From an uncultured Pseudomonadota bacterium (GTDB lineage Bacteria; Pseudomonadota; Gammaproteobacteria; Steroidobacterales; Steroidobacteraceae), in contig CAVUQM010000018.1 in assembly GCA_963743625.1 (NCBI GenBank), positions 856 to 64,855 of the forward strand: a stretch of 64,000 bases of DNA. The letters are read 5' to 3'. The translations under genes and the position numbers were made by a program. The notes under the pieces were generated by a model that had not been told where the DNA came from, made no database searches, and saw nothing but the letters and a program-made list of their open reading frames with translations. Shown here one piece after another: positions 49,026-58,138 of this stretch. Positions within the stretch are counted from its first letter, which is position 1. Each line of letters starts with the position of its first letter.

Positions 49026-51638
49026 GTGACCAGTTTCAATGCCGATCTGCTTGAACGCGACGAACAGCTTGCCCGGCTGGAGCGCGCATTTGAGTTGGCG
49101 GCCCTGGGTCGGGGACGAATCATTGCACTCGCAGCTGAAGCCGGGGCCGGCAAGACGGCGCTGGCGGGGCGATTTGTTGCCGATCACGCGCGAAGTGCGC
49201 GGACGTATTGGGGCGCCTGCGAGAATCTCGCAACTCCCGAAGTATTGCTGCCGCTGCGGGACATTGCCCGAACCACCGGCAGCACATTGCCTCTCGGCGG
49301 CGATCACATCGGATGCTTTGAGGCTCTCCTGCGCCTTGTCTCTACAGGCCCCAACCCGGCTGTGCTTGTCATCGAAGACATCCATTGGGCCGACACGGCG
49401 ACATTGGATCTGATCCGATTTCTGGGTCGCCGGATCGCCCGGGTGCGGGCGCTGGTGATAATTACCTTTCGGGATGAGGAAGTCGGCGTGCGCTCACCCC
49501 TACGCAACCTGCTCGGCGAAGTGCCTTCCGAAAGCGTGGAAAGAATGACCCTGGCGCCCCTGAGTCTGGCCGCCGTCTCGCGTCTCTCCGTACAGCGCGG
49601 GCGCCGTGGCGAACATGTCTTTGCCCTGACCGCAGGCAACCCATTCCTCGTCACCGAGGCGCTCGCCGTGGACGGTGATCTGCCAAACGATGTCGTGCGC
49701 GATTCCACTCTCGCGCGCGCCTCGCGCCTTAGTACCGGGGGCCGGATGGTGCTGGAAGCGGTTTCTATATTCCCCCGTCGCGCGGAGACGGCGCTCCTGG
49801 CGGACTTGGTTAAGAAGTCTGTCGAAGCCGGCCTGGATGAATGTGTCGAGAAGGGCATGCTGTCGCTCGAAGGCGGAATGGTCCGCTTCAGGCATGAGCT
49901 GGCGCGGCGCGCCATCGAAGAGTCGATTTCTGCAGCCCAGCGACGCTCGCTGCATCAAAGGGTCGTCAATGTCCTCAAGCGACGCTCAGACGCGCGCCCC
50001 GGGGAGGTTGCGCACCATGCGGAACGCGCGGCGGACGTGCCTGCACTTCTGCAGTTCGCTCAGCTTGCTGGGGACAGCGCAGCCCGTGCGGGTGCCCCGC
50101 AGGAGGCCGCGGCGCACTTCGCGACAATGCTTAAGCATCGCGACGCCCTTGGCCCGGCGCTCGTAGAGGTGCTCGAGCGTTACGCTGAGCAGGCATATCT
50201 GGCAGGCGGAGCGGACGTTGCCATGAGCTGCATGGCTGAGGCAGCGCAGCTACGTCGGGATGCGCGCGACACACTCGCCCTCGGCCGGGATCTGACTCGC
50301 CTGACTCGCTATGCCTGGATGTGCGGCCGGCGGACGGACGCCGAGCGCTTCGTAAAGGAATCGATCAGTGTGCTTGAGACAGTCCCGCCGGGAGCTGAGC
50401 TGGCGTGGGCCTATTCGCATCAGGCGCAGCTCGACATGCTGGCTTCACGCATGGACAGCGCAATCGCGTGGGGCGAGCGAGCGCTAGCGCTTGCCCGGGA
50501 CCTGGGCGAGCAGGAAATCATCATTCATGCCTTGGGTAACGTCGGATCTGCCACCGTGGATCACCTGCGGTCGGGAAAGTGTGAGCAGCTGGAAGAGAGC
50601 TTTCAGCTGGCAATGGCCGGCAAGTTCCATGACCACGTCGAGCGTGCATCGTGCAATCTGACGTGCACCTACTACTGGCGTCGCGACTACGGGGCCTCTC
50701 TGGCCTGTATCGAGCGAGGAGTCAGTTACGCGGCGGCTCTCGAGCTCACTCATTGGGAGGGGTATCTGCGAGGCTGGCGCAGCATGATCCGATTGGATCA
50801 GGGACTGTGGCAGGAAGCCGGGGACGAGGCGCACGAAATCGGCAGCCGGACGTTTGCAGCCGATGTCTACCGGTTTCCGGCACTCATTGCGCTGGCGCGG
50901 CTGCGTATACGGTGCGGAGAGCCTGACGTCGAGACGCCGCTGGCGGCGGCGCAAGCGGTCGCGGCCTCACTCGCGGAACCGCAACGCAGTGTGTACGTCG
51001 CGACTACGGCGGCCGAGGCCGAGTGGTTGGGATCGAAGACCCACGGAGTGGGGGACGCCCGCTTGATGTTGCGCCAAGTACTCGAGCTTGCGCGTGAGCG
51101 CGAAGCGCTCTGGGTGATCGAGGACGCAGCCTTCTGGCTTCGCATGCTGGGCGAACCGGTGGGCGATACCCAGGGCATGGCCACACCGTTTCGCGAGCAC
51201 TGCGAGGGTCGATGGGAAGCGGCGGCGAAGGGCTGGCGGGGACTCGCTCGTCCGTACGAGGAGGCGCTGGCGCTGAGCGAGGGTGACATTGGCGCTCAGC
51301 GTCAGGCACTCGAGATCTTTGATCGGCTCGGCGCGGTGCCGGCCGCGGCCCGCGTGCGTCGCCAGCTGCGCGCCGGTGGCGTGCGCTCGGTGCCCAGAGG
51401 CCCAATCGCGGCGACGCGCGCCAATCCCGCCGGACTGACCCGCCGGCAGGTGCAGGTTCTGGAACTGCTTGACCAGGGCCTGACCAATGCGGAGATTGCG
51501 ACGCGCCTGTGCATCTCGGCAAAGACCGCCGAACACCACGTCGCCGGCATCATGGCAAGGCTGGATAGCCCGACGCGACAGGCCGCCGCTGCGGCGGCCC
51601 GCCGCAGCGGGCTGCTGGGGACCTCAAAAAATAGGTAA
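49026..51638 (+). CDS. LuxR-family regulator with N-terminal P-loop NTPase (LAL / STAND-type)
   Basis: Walker A ALAAEAGAGKTAL, DD-box VLVIEDIHWAD, a long helical/TPR-like middle, and C-terminus LTRRQVQVLELLDQGLTNAEIATRLCISAKTAEHHVAGIMARL (LuxR HTH). The 2.6-kb ORF is intact. Confidence 0.85.
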   Translation: MTSFNADLLERDEQLARLERAFELAALGRGRIIALAAEAGAGKTALAGRFVADHARSARTYWGACENLATPEVLLPLRDIARTTGSTLPLGGDHIGCFEALLRLVSTGPNPAVLVIEDIHWADTATLDLIRFLGRRIARVRALVIITFRDEEVGVRSPLRNLLGEVPSESVERMTLAPLSLAAVSRLSVQRGRRGEHVFALTAGNPFLVTEALAVDGDLPNDVVRDSTLARASRLSTGGRMVLEAVSIFPRRAETALLADLVKKSVEAGLDECVEKGMLSLEGGMVRFRHELARRAIEESISAAQRRSLHQRVVNVLKRRSDARPGEVAHHAERAADVPALLQFAQLAGDSAARAGAPQEAAAHFATMLKHRDALGPALVEVLERYAEQAYLAGGADVAMSCMAEAAQLRRDARDTLALGRDLTRLTRYAWMCGRRTDAERFVKESISVLETVPPGAELAWAYSHQAQLDMLASRMDSAIAWGERALALARDLGEQEIIIHALGNVGSATVDHLRSGKCEQLEESFQLAMAGKFHDHVERASCNLTCTYYWRRDYGASLACIERGVSYAAALELTHWEGYLRGWRSMIRLDQGLWQEAGDEAHEIGSRTFAADVYRFPALIALARLRIRCGEPDVETPLAAAQAVAASLAEPQRSVYVATTAAEAEWLGSKTHGVGDARLMLRQVLELAREREALWVIEDAAFWLRMLGEPVGDTQGMATPFREHCEGRWEAAAKGWRGLARPYEEALALSEGDIGAQRQALEIFDRLGAVPAAARVRRQLRAGGVRSVPRGPIAATRANPAGLTRRQVQVLELLDQGLTNAEIATRLCISAKTAEHHVAGIMARLDSPTRQAAAAAARRSGLLGTSKNR

Positions 51639-51729
51639 CGACCGCTGAAAAGATGGGGGCGGGCACCCCATGCGGCCGCGAGGTGATTGCGTCACGCTGT
51701 GATCCTCGGATCTATCCTGGGAGCCACAG

Positions 51730-52479
51730 ATGTCACGCTTCGGAATTTTTCTCTACGGTATCCTTTGTTACGCCGTCTTTTTTGCGGTGTTCCTCTATGG
51801 CATCGGGTTTATTGGCGGGTTCCTGACGCCCACGACCCTCGACGGCGCCGCCACTTCGACCGTCGGTCACGCGCTGGCGGTTGACCTGCTTCTCTTGAGC
51901 CTCTTTGCCATTCAGCACAGCGGCATGGCGCGGCCAGCATTCAAAACCTGGTTCAAGCGCATCGTGCCGGAGTCCGCCGAGCGCAGCACCTATGTTCTGC
52001 TGAGCTCGCTGGCGTTGGCGGCGATCTATGTCTACTGGGAGCCGATCGACGGGGTGATCTGGAGCGTTCCCGAGGGCTTGGCTCGTAACTCGATCATTGC
52101 GTTGTATCTTGCCGGCTGGCTGCTTCTTCTCTATACCACCTTCCTGATCGATCACTTCGATCTGTTCGGTCTCAAGCAGGTCTGGCGCAGGCTGTCCAAC
52201 AAGACCTACCGTGCACCCGTGTTTCGCACGCCAAGTCTCTACAAGCTCGTGCGCCACCCGCTTTACATCGGCTGGCTGGTCATTTTCTGGGCGGCGCCCA
52301 CCATGACCGTTGCGCACCTGGTCTTCGCGCTTGTCACCACGGCCTACATACTGGTTGCGATTCGGTTCGAGGAAGCAGACCTGGAGAGCGCATTCGGAGA
52401 CGCGTACGCTGATTACCGGGCCCGCACGCCGATGCTGATTCCGCGCATCTACCGGCGCCGCTCTGGCGTCTCCGGGTAA
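51730..52479 (+). CDS. mddA: Membrane methyltransferase of the ICMT/PEMT-like superfamily, MddA-like (methanethiol S-methyltransferase)
   Basis: LFAIQHSGMARPAFKTWFKRIVPESAERSTYVL, FLIDHFDLFGLKQV and FRTPSLYKLVRHPLYIGWLVIFWAAPTMTVAHLVFALVTTAYILVAIRFEEADL match, from memory, the conserved blocks of Pseudomonas deceptionensis MddA. The superfamily call is safer than the specific one. Confidence 0.6.
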   Translation: MSRFGIFLYGILCYAVFFAVFLYGIGFIGGFLTPTTLDGAATSTVGHALAVDLLLLSLFAIQHSGMARPAFKTWFKRIVPESAERSTYVLLSSLALAAIYVYWEPIDGVIWSVPEGLARNSIIALYLAGWLLLLYTTFLIDHFDLFGLKQVWRRLSNKTYRAPVFRTPSLYKLVRHPLYIGWLVIFWAAPTMTVAHLVFALVTTAYILVAIRFEEADLESAFGDAYADYRARTPMLIPRIYRRRSGVSG

Positions 52480-52602
52480 GTACGGACCAAAGAGCCCTCC
52501 TAGTGTCCCCGCGCTTGGGAGCCGCGGCCATACCGGCTGCCACTGCGTCCTGTCTCTGGCTAATCCGGTCGCAGGATCTACAAAGTCTCTGACTACCTGG
52601 CT

Positions 52603-53913
52603 TCAGTGCTCCGGCGGCGCCGGCAACTCGGAAGCGGAAGTCGTCGCGGGCGCGCGGGTTCGCCGGTGGGTACGGCGATACCCGAAGTGAGCAATATCGG
52701 GAGGGAAAAACATACCCCAGCTCCACTCGAGGAATAGACGGGACTTGCGGGACAATGTTGGTGTTCGCAGCAGATGCAGGCCGCGCCACATGAGCCAGGC
52801 AACAAAGCCCGACAGTCGGATGCCAGCGACTTCAGCGACGGCCTTGTTGTGGCCGATCGACGAGAGCTGGCCTTTTGGCCGGTAGCGAAACGGCTGCGTA
52901 GGCCGGCCAGCGATGTCGGCGAGGATATTGGCTGCGAGTTGCCGGGCCTGCGCCTCGGCAAACTGAGCGGTCGGTGGGCAAACCTTACCGTCCAGCGCGT
53001 TCACGACAGCAGCGCAGTCCCCCGCCGCCCAAATGCCGGCAAGACCGGGCACAGACAGATCGTCACTGACCGTGAGGCGGCCGCGATTCTTGGGGGCAGG
53101 TAGTGCCTCGATCAGGTCGCTCGGCTGAGTGCCGATCGTGCAGATGACGGTGCCGGCCGGGAGGATCTCGCCGGAATCGAGCTGCACGTCCAGATCAGTG
53201 ACTCGCACCGCGCGCGTGTTCAAGCGGACGCTAACGCCCCTTGAGCGCATCTTCCTGAGGGTAAATTCCCCCAGCGATGGGGAGAGCTCTTGCAGCAGCC
53301 GCTCACCGCTGTGTAGCAGCGTGATCGTCAGATCGCCCGCGCGCACTCGCTTGTAGTAGCGCAGGCTCGCGAGAAGAAAATCGACGAGCTCGCCGGCGGT
53401 CTCCACGCCGCTGAAGCCACCGCCGACGATGACGAAGCTCATCAGCCAGCGCCGGTGTTCGAGGTCGCGCTGCATTTCTGCCTGCTCGAGGCGCGCAATT
53501 ATATGATTGCGCAGAAACAGGGCGTCGCCGAGCGTTTTTAAGGGAAGGGCGTAGGACTCCATTCCTTTGACGACGTCGAGCTTGGCATTGGTTCCGCATG
53601 TCAGTACGAGATGGTCATAGCGAAATACTCCTGCGCCCTCGCCGAGATAGTGAACCGTCCGCGAAGTGGTATCGATCTCGATGACGCGGGCCATGCATAC
53701 GTGGGTGCAATGGATCATTTGTCGCAATGGGGCAACCACATGCGCAGGAAGGAGTGAGGCCCCCACCACTTCCGGCAGCAGCGGATTGAAAGTCGCGAAG
53801 TTCTCCTGGCTGATCACCGTCAGTGTCCAATCTGGCGGCAACGTGTGCTCGAGACGGCGAGCGATGCCCATGCCGGCAAAGCCGCCGCCGACGATGATCA
53901 GGTTCTTATACAC
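52603..53913 (-). CDS. ndh: Type II NADH:quinone oxidoreductase (NDH-2) family flavoprotein
   Basis: MYKNLIIVGGGFAGMG.., second dinucleotide fold FVIVGGGFSGVETAGEL, and GIWAAGDCA. Confidence 0.8.
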   Translation of the reverse strand: MYKNLIIVGGGFAGMGIARRLEHTLPPDWTLTVISQENFATFNPLLPEVVGASLLPAHVVAPLRQMIHCTHVCMARVIEIDTTSRTVHYLGEGAGVFRYDHLVLTCGTNAKLDVVKGMESYALPLKTLGDALFLRNHIIARLEQAEMQRDLEHRRWLMSFVIVGGGFSGVETAGELVDFLLASLRYYKRVRAGDLTITLLHSGERLLQELSPSLGEFTLRKMRSRGVSVRLNTRAVRVTDLDVQLDSGEILPAGTVICTIGTQPSDLIEALPAPKNRGRLTVSDDLSVPGLAGIWAAGDCAAVVNALDGKVCPPTAQFAEAQARQLAANILADIAGRPTQPFRYRPKGQLSSIGHNKAVAEVAGIRLSGFVAWLMWRGLHLLRTPTLSRKSRLFLEWSWGMFFPPDIAHFGYRRTHRRTRAPATTSASELPAPPEH

Positions 53914-53944
53914 TCGGCTCCTCTTCTCAGACTTCGAACGGCTG

Positions 53945-55000
53945 CTAATGCCCGATCAGACTGCGGTGACCGTCAGGATCCCGGGCCAGTATCGCGGCCG
54001 AAAATTCCATGGCGCCGTCATGCAGTTCAATGACCTTGCCCGCGGTGAGCGGCGTGCGGGCGCCTTGTAGACGTTGTGCGAGTTCGGCAAGGTTGGCGCT
54101 GCGCAGGTTGATCTGCCAGTACCACAGGTCGGCCGGCGCTGTATCAGGCGGCATGGGGCGACCGCTTTGCGGCGCCAGATATTCGAGCAGCTCTACCCCC
54201 GGTCCCTGTTGAGCGCGCAGACTCGTGATGCGCAGGTGTGCTCCGAAAACATTGTTCAAGTGCTCCTGCTCTGTGCCGAAGTTCTCGCTCTCTCCGGCGA
54301 CCCGCAGGCCGAGCAGATCGCGATAGAAGTGCAGACTTGCTTCGGTGTCGCTGACCACGATCGCCGTATGATCGATGCCGAGAAATAGCGGGCCGCCGTG
54401 CAGATGCCACTTCTGCGCGCCTTTACCTTCCGGGAAGGACAAGAGCTCCAGAAAGTGGCCGTCAGGATCACGGAAGTAAAACGCCTCGATTCCGGCAGCC
54501 GCGGTATTTGACTCCGGCAGGCGCTGGGGCGCCGTAGAGGCGTACTGCACCTTGAAGCTGCGCAGGCGTTTAAATGCGAGCTGCATATCGCTCACTACGA
54601 TGGCGATGTGTTGGAAGGCCCTATCATTGCTATGGAGGTCCGGCGGAATGGGCCGCCCGGAGGGGGTAAGGAATTGCAGCAGCTGCAGTCGCTCATTCCC
54701 CAAGTGCAGGGTGGCGACTCTCAGGCGTACACCGAAGAGACCAAAAAGCCGCTCGTAGTCTTCGCCCAGCACTTCACGATCGAGGTCAAACTCAAAGCTA
54801 AGCACGTGGGTGTAGAAATCAACGGAGCGCTCCAGATCGCCGACCGTCATGGCTATCGAGTCAACCCTATCCACCGCAGGTGCTTCGCCCGCCAGCGCGG
54901 CAGAAGGCGTCAGCGCTGGCGTAACCAGGCAGACGATGAGCGTCAGGGCGACGCGGAGGGCCGCGCGCCAGTAGGCGCGAGCGTCAGACCGCACCGGCAC
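53945..55000 (-). CDS. Two-domain VOC / glyoxalase-family protein with signal-like N-terminus
   Basis: VDSIAMTVGDLERSVDFYTHVLSF and IDHTAIVVSDTEASLHFYRDLLGL are repeated VOC modules. The GTG start at 55000 overlaps the GMC stop. Confidence 0.75.
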   Translation of the reverse strand: MPVRSDARAYWRAALRVALTLIVCLVTPALTPSAALAGEAPAVDRVDSIAMTVGDLERSVDFYTHVLSFEFDLDREVLGEDYERLFGLFGVRLRVATLHLGNERLQLLQFLTPSGRPIPPDLHSNDRAFQHIAIVVSDMQLAFKRLRSFKVQYASTAPQRLPESNTAAAGIEAFYFRDPDGHFLELLSFPEGKGAQKWHLHGGPLFLGIDHTAIVVSDTEASLHFYRDLLGLRVAGESENFGTEQEHLNNVFGAHLRITSLRAQQGPGVELLEYLAPQSGRPMPPDTAPADLWYWQINLRSANLAELAQRLQGARTPLTAGKVIELHDGAMEFSAAILARDPDGHRSLIGH

Positions 55001-56456
55001 TCTCCGGTGCGACGGCGCGGGTACGAGCGCATCCGCGCACTAATCGATCGCTAACACGCAGCGCCCAAGCGAAAATCGTGAGCGCGGGGTTCATACGACT
55101 GGAGCGCGGCAGGACACTACCGTCGACGACATAAAGACCGGGCAGGCCATGGACACAGCCTTCATGATCCACCACCGAGTCAGCCGCTGTCTTGCCGCAG
55201 ACGAGGGTGCCGCAGGCGTGCGCCGTGCCCGCCGAACCGATGCGGCGCGTAAAGCCGAGAATTCCCGCTCGGGCGAGCGCTATCTGCAAGGCCCGTGTAA
55301 ACGCGCGATGTTCGCGCCAGGCGGCCGCCGCGCGGCGTCCGTCATAGTCCATGAGCGGCGGCAGAGTGCCTCGGTCGAGTACACGATTCTCGGCGCAGGT
55401 GCCGTCCTCGGTCTGCAGAAAGAATCCATAGGCGTTGGTTCCAAGCCGGCGCGCGAAGCGCCGTGGTATCCATCCGGGCACCAGAGAGCTGATCAGTTCC
55501 GCATCGAAGCCGAGCGGCTGCACGCTTGAGTGCGGATAGCGGACGCAGGTGAGGAAGTTCGTCTTGCGCAGCGTGTCTGCGACGGCACTCGTCTGCACGC
55601 CGACCAGGGCGGTGAGCAGATGCAGCTTCAGATAGCGACCGATGTGAGGGCTCACGCCCAGCTCGTCCGCCAGGCCGGCGTTATCGATGTAGCGCTGCAG
55701 TAGCCGCGGTGAGTGCAGTGCGCCGGCCGCCAGCAGAACCACGGGCGCCCGATACTCGCGCCCATCGCTCAAGCGGACGCCCTGGATCAGCCGCCTCGAC
55801 TGAGAACTGCCGATGAGCGCACGCACCTCGGCATGGGTCAGCAGAGTAAAGAGCGGGTGGCCGCGCAGGCGTTCCAGAAAGGCGGTTTGGGCTTCCGCCT
55901 TCAGACCCAGCGCCGAGGCAAAGCCGTCAAAATGCCGCGCTTCGGCTGGCGTGCGCAGGATGTCGCGATGCAGACCAAGAGCGAGTGGAGAGCTCCGCCA
56001 GCTGCCGCCCGGGTGCACCATGCGCCTGAGAATGCGGGCGAGGTTGGGCTCGGTCTCAAAAAAATTGACGCCCAAGAGCTGTTCGGCTTCGGTGTAGTAG
56101 GGTTCAAGATCGCAGAGGCGCAGGGGCCACTCGGGGCAGCCGTGCTGCGCATCCGCCAAGAACTCATGCTCCGCAAAGCGGAGGAGCGCGGCGCCGTACC
56201 ACTTGGTCTTGCCGCCGACATTGAAATGCTCCTCCGGCAGCAGCCGGTGTCCTTGTGCGTCGACCCATGGCTCGCGGCTCATGAACTCACGGCCATGCAC
56301 GACCCGCTGGACGTCCAAGGTGCTACCGTCGGTCGGCAGGTACTCTCCTTTTTCCAACAGCAGCACGCGCCAGCCGCCCTGCACTAAGCGCCAGGCCGCG
56401 GCGGCCCCGCCCGCGCCGGAGCCGACGATGATGGCGTCAGGAGGGGCTGGGCTCAT
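54984..56456 (-). CDS. GMC-family FAD oxidoreductase
   Basis: ATG 56456: MSPAPPDAIIVGSGAGGAAAAWRLVQGGWRVLLLEKG. C-terminus ..GTAHACGTLVCG..VVDHEGCVHGLPGLYVVDGSVLP. Confidence 0.8.
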   Translation of the reverse strand: MSPAPPDAIIVGSGAGGAAAAWRLVQGGWRVLLLEKGEYLPTDGSTLDVQRVVHGREFMSREPWVDAQGHRLLPEEHFNVGGKTKWYGAALLRFAEHEFLADAQHGCPEWPLRLCDLEPYYTEAEQLLGVNFFETEPNLARILRRMVHPGGSWRSSPLALGLHRDILRTPAEARHFDGFASALGLKAEAQTAFLERLRGHPLFTLLTHAEVRALIGSSQSRRLIQGVRLSDGREYRAPVVLLAAGALHSPRLLQRYIDNAGLADELGVSPHIGRYLKLHLLTALVGVQTSAVADTLRKTNFLTCVRYPHSSVQPLGFDAELISSLVPGWIPRRFARRLGTNAYGFFLQTEDGTCAENRVLDRGTLPPLMDYDGRRAAAAWREHRAFTRALQIALARAGILGFTRRIGSAGTAHACGTLVCGKTAADSVVDHEGCVHGLPGLYVVDGSVLPRSSRMNPALTIFAWALRVSDRLVRGCARTRAVAPESAGAV

Positions 56457-57297
56457 GGCGGATCGCCCGGGCTTCTTGCGCCGTGCCGGGGCGAGGCGGC
56501 CGGCACTGCCCACAGTGGATGCAGGGCATGTCGGAGGAGTGGATGAGCTTGGCGCACATTGTGCGCCGGAAGAGCAGGCGGAACAGCTGCGCGCCCAGCA
56601 CCATGCCGGAGACCGGGGCGATCATGTAGATCCACAGATGCTGCCACATCTGCCCCGGGGCGGCAGAGGCGAAGCTGCGTGCAGGGTTCATGCTCATGCC
56701 CGACAGCGGTGACTCGAACGCAATGTAGGCCGCTACCAGGCACCCGGCGACGATGCCGGCAAAAGGAGCCGCGCGCAGCGCGCGCTGCATGAGCAGGATC
56801 ACGAAAATCAATGCGCCCGAGATCAGCAGCTCCGCGATGAAGGCGGCCGTAATGCCGGGTGGGCCCGGTAACGTGGCCGCAAAACTCACTGGCGGTGCAC
56901 TGAAGGCGCTGCCGAACAGGGCCAGCACGAACAGCACTCCTAATGAGCCACCGACAAACTGGCTCACTATGAAGAACAGGGCGTCGACCGGATGCACTTT
57001 TCCGAGACTGAGAAAAGCCAGCGTCACGGAGGGGTTCATGTGCGCGCCGGAGCGCTTGCCCCATGGGGAATAAATGATGCCGACGGCGGTGAGCCCCATG
57101 GCGATGCCCGCAAGCACGCGCCGCATGGAGGGATCCGGAACGTTGATGCGTAGCGGCGAGGCGGGATACTCGAGCAGCGTGGTGCACACCCCCGCGACGA
57201 TCATGAAGGTGCCGAGCGCCCAGGCCTCGATCAGGTACTCGGGCCAGTGCGCACGTAGTGCCCCGCCGATGTTCAAGTCCTCATCCTCCGGTCTCAA
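56437..57297 (-). CDS. MIP/aquaporin-family channel with Cys-rich C-terminal tail
   Basis: SGAHMNPSVTLAF (NPS variant of the first NPA box) and SGMSMNPARSFA (second NPA). The tail is CAKLIHSSDMPCIHCGQC. TTG start at 57297. Confidence 0.8.
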   Translation of the reverse strand: MRPEDEDLNIGGALRAHWPEYLIEAWALGTFMIVAGVCTTLLEYPASPLRINVPDPSMRRVLAGIAMGLTAVGIIYSPWGKRSGAHMNPSVTLAFLSLGKVHPVDALFFIVSQFVGGSLGVLFVLALFGSAFSAPPVSFAATLPGPPGITAAFIAELLISGALIFVILLMQRALRAAPFAGIVAGCLVAAYIAFESPLSGMSMNPARSFASAAPGQMWQHLWIYMIAPVSGMVLGAQLFRLLFRRTMCAKLIHSSDMPCIHCGQCRPPRPGTAQEARAIRHEPSPS

Positions 57298-58138
57298 ACC
57301 CCGGGTACAGCGTCATCCCGCCATCGACGAAAAGGCTGATGCCGTGCACGTAGTCCGCGTAGTCGGAGCACAGCCATACCGCAGCGTGCCCGATCTCCTG
57401 GGCTTCACCGATGCGTTTGTAGGGGATAAGCTTCATGAGCTCTGCGTAGGCCGCGGGCGTATCCCACGCCTGCATGTTGATCGGGGTGCGGATTGCACCC
57501 GGGCAGATCGAGTTTACGCGGATGCGGTAGGGTGCCACCTCCTGCGCGATGCTCTTCATCATCAGCATCACGCCGCCCTTGGACGCCGCGTAGTTGACGT
57601 GTCCGGCCCAGGGGATGACTTCATGCACCGAGCTGATGCAGATGATCTTGCCGGCTGAACAGGAGACCTGCCGGCGCACGCCGCGGCGCCGGAATTCTCG
57701 TACGGCCTCGCGTGAACACAGAAACTGACCGGTCAGATTAACGCCGATGACCCTGTTCCACTGGGCGAGTGTCATCTCGTGCAGCGGCGCGTCCTGCTGC
57801 AGGCCGGCGTTATTGACGAGGATATCAAGCGTGCCGAAATCCCCAATCACCGCGCTGAACATGGCCTGCACCTCGGCCTCATCCGACACATCGGCCCGAA
57901 CGGCGGCGGCGTTCACACCCTTGTTGCGGATCTCTGCCGCCAGTGACTCAGCCTGGTCCGCGCCGCTGACATAGTTGACGGCCACATCAGCGCCGGCGTC
58001 CGCCAGAGACAGGGCTACCGCGCGTCCGATCCCGGAGCCGCCACCCGTCACCAGGGCTTTTTGCCCGAGCAGAAGTTTTTGCGGCGGCACCGTCGGCATC
58101 ACGGGCTGCGGCAGATGGCTATGGTCGGAAGAGGTCAT
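57281..58138 (-). CDS. SDR-family oxidoreductase (glucose 1-dehydrogenase-like)
   Basis: ALVTGGGSGIGRA, NNAG, and SSVHEVIPWAGHVNYAASKGG (YxxxK). Confidence 0.9.
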   Translation of the reverse strand: MTSSDHSHLPQPVMPTVPPQKLLLGQKALVTGGGSGIGRAVALSLADAGADVAVNYVSGADQAESLAAEIRNKGVNAAAVRADVSDEAEVQAMFSAVIGDFGTLDILVNNAGLQQDAPLHEMTLAQWNRVIGVNLTGQFLCSREAVREFRRRGVRRQVSCSAGKIICISSVHEVIPWAGHVNYAASKGGVMLMMKSIAQEVAPYRIRVNSICPGAIRTPINMQAWDTPAAYAELMKLIPYKRIGEAQEIGHAAVWLCSDYADYVHGISLFVDGGMTLYPGFETGG

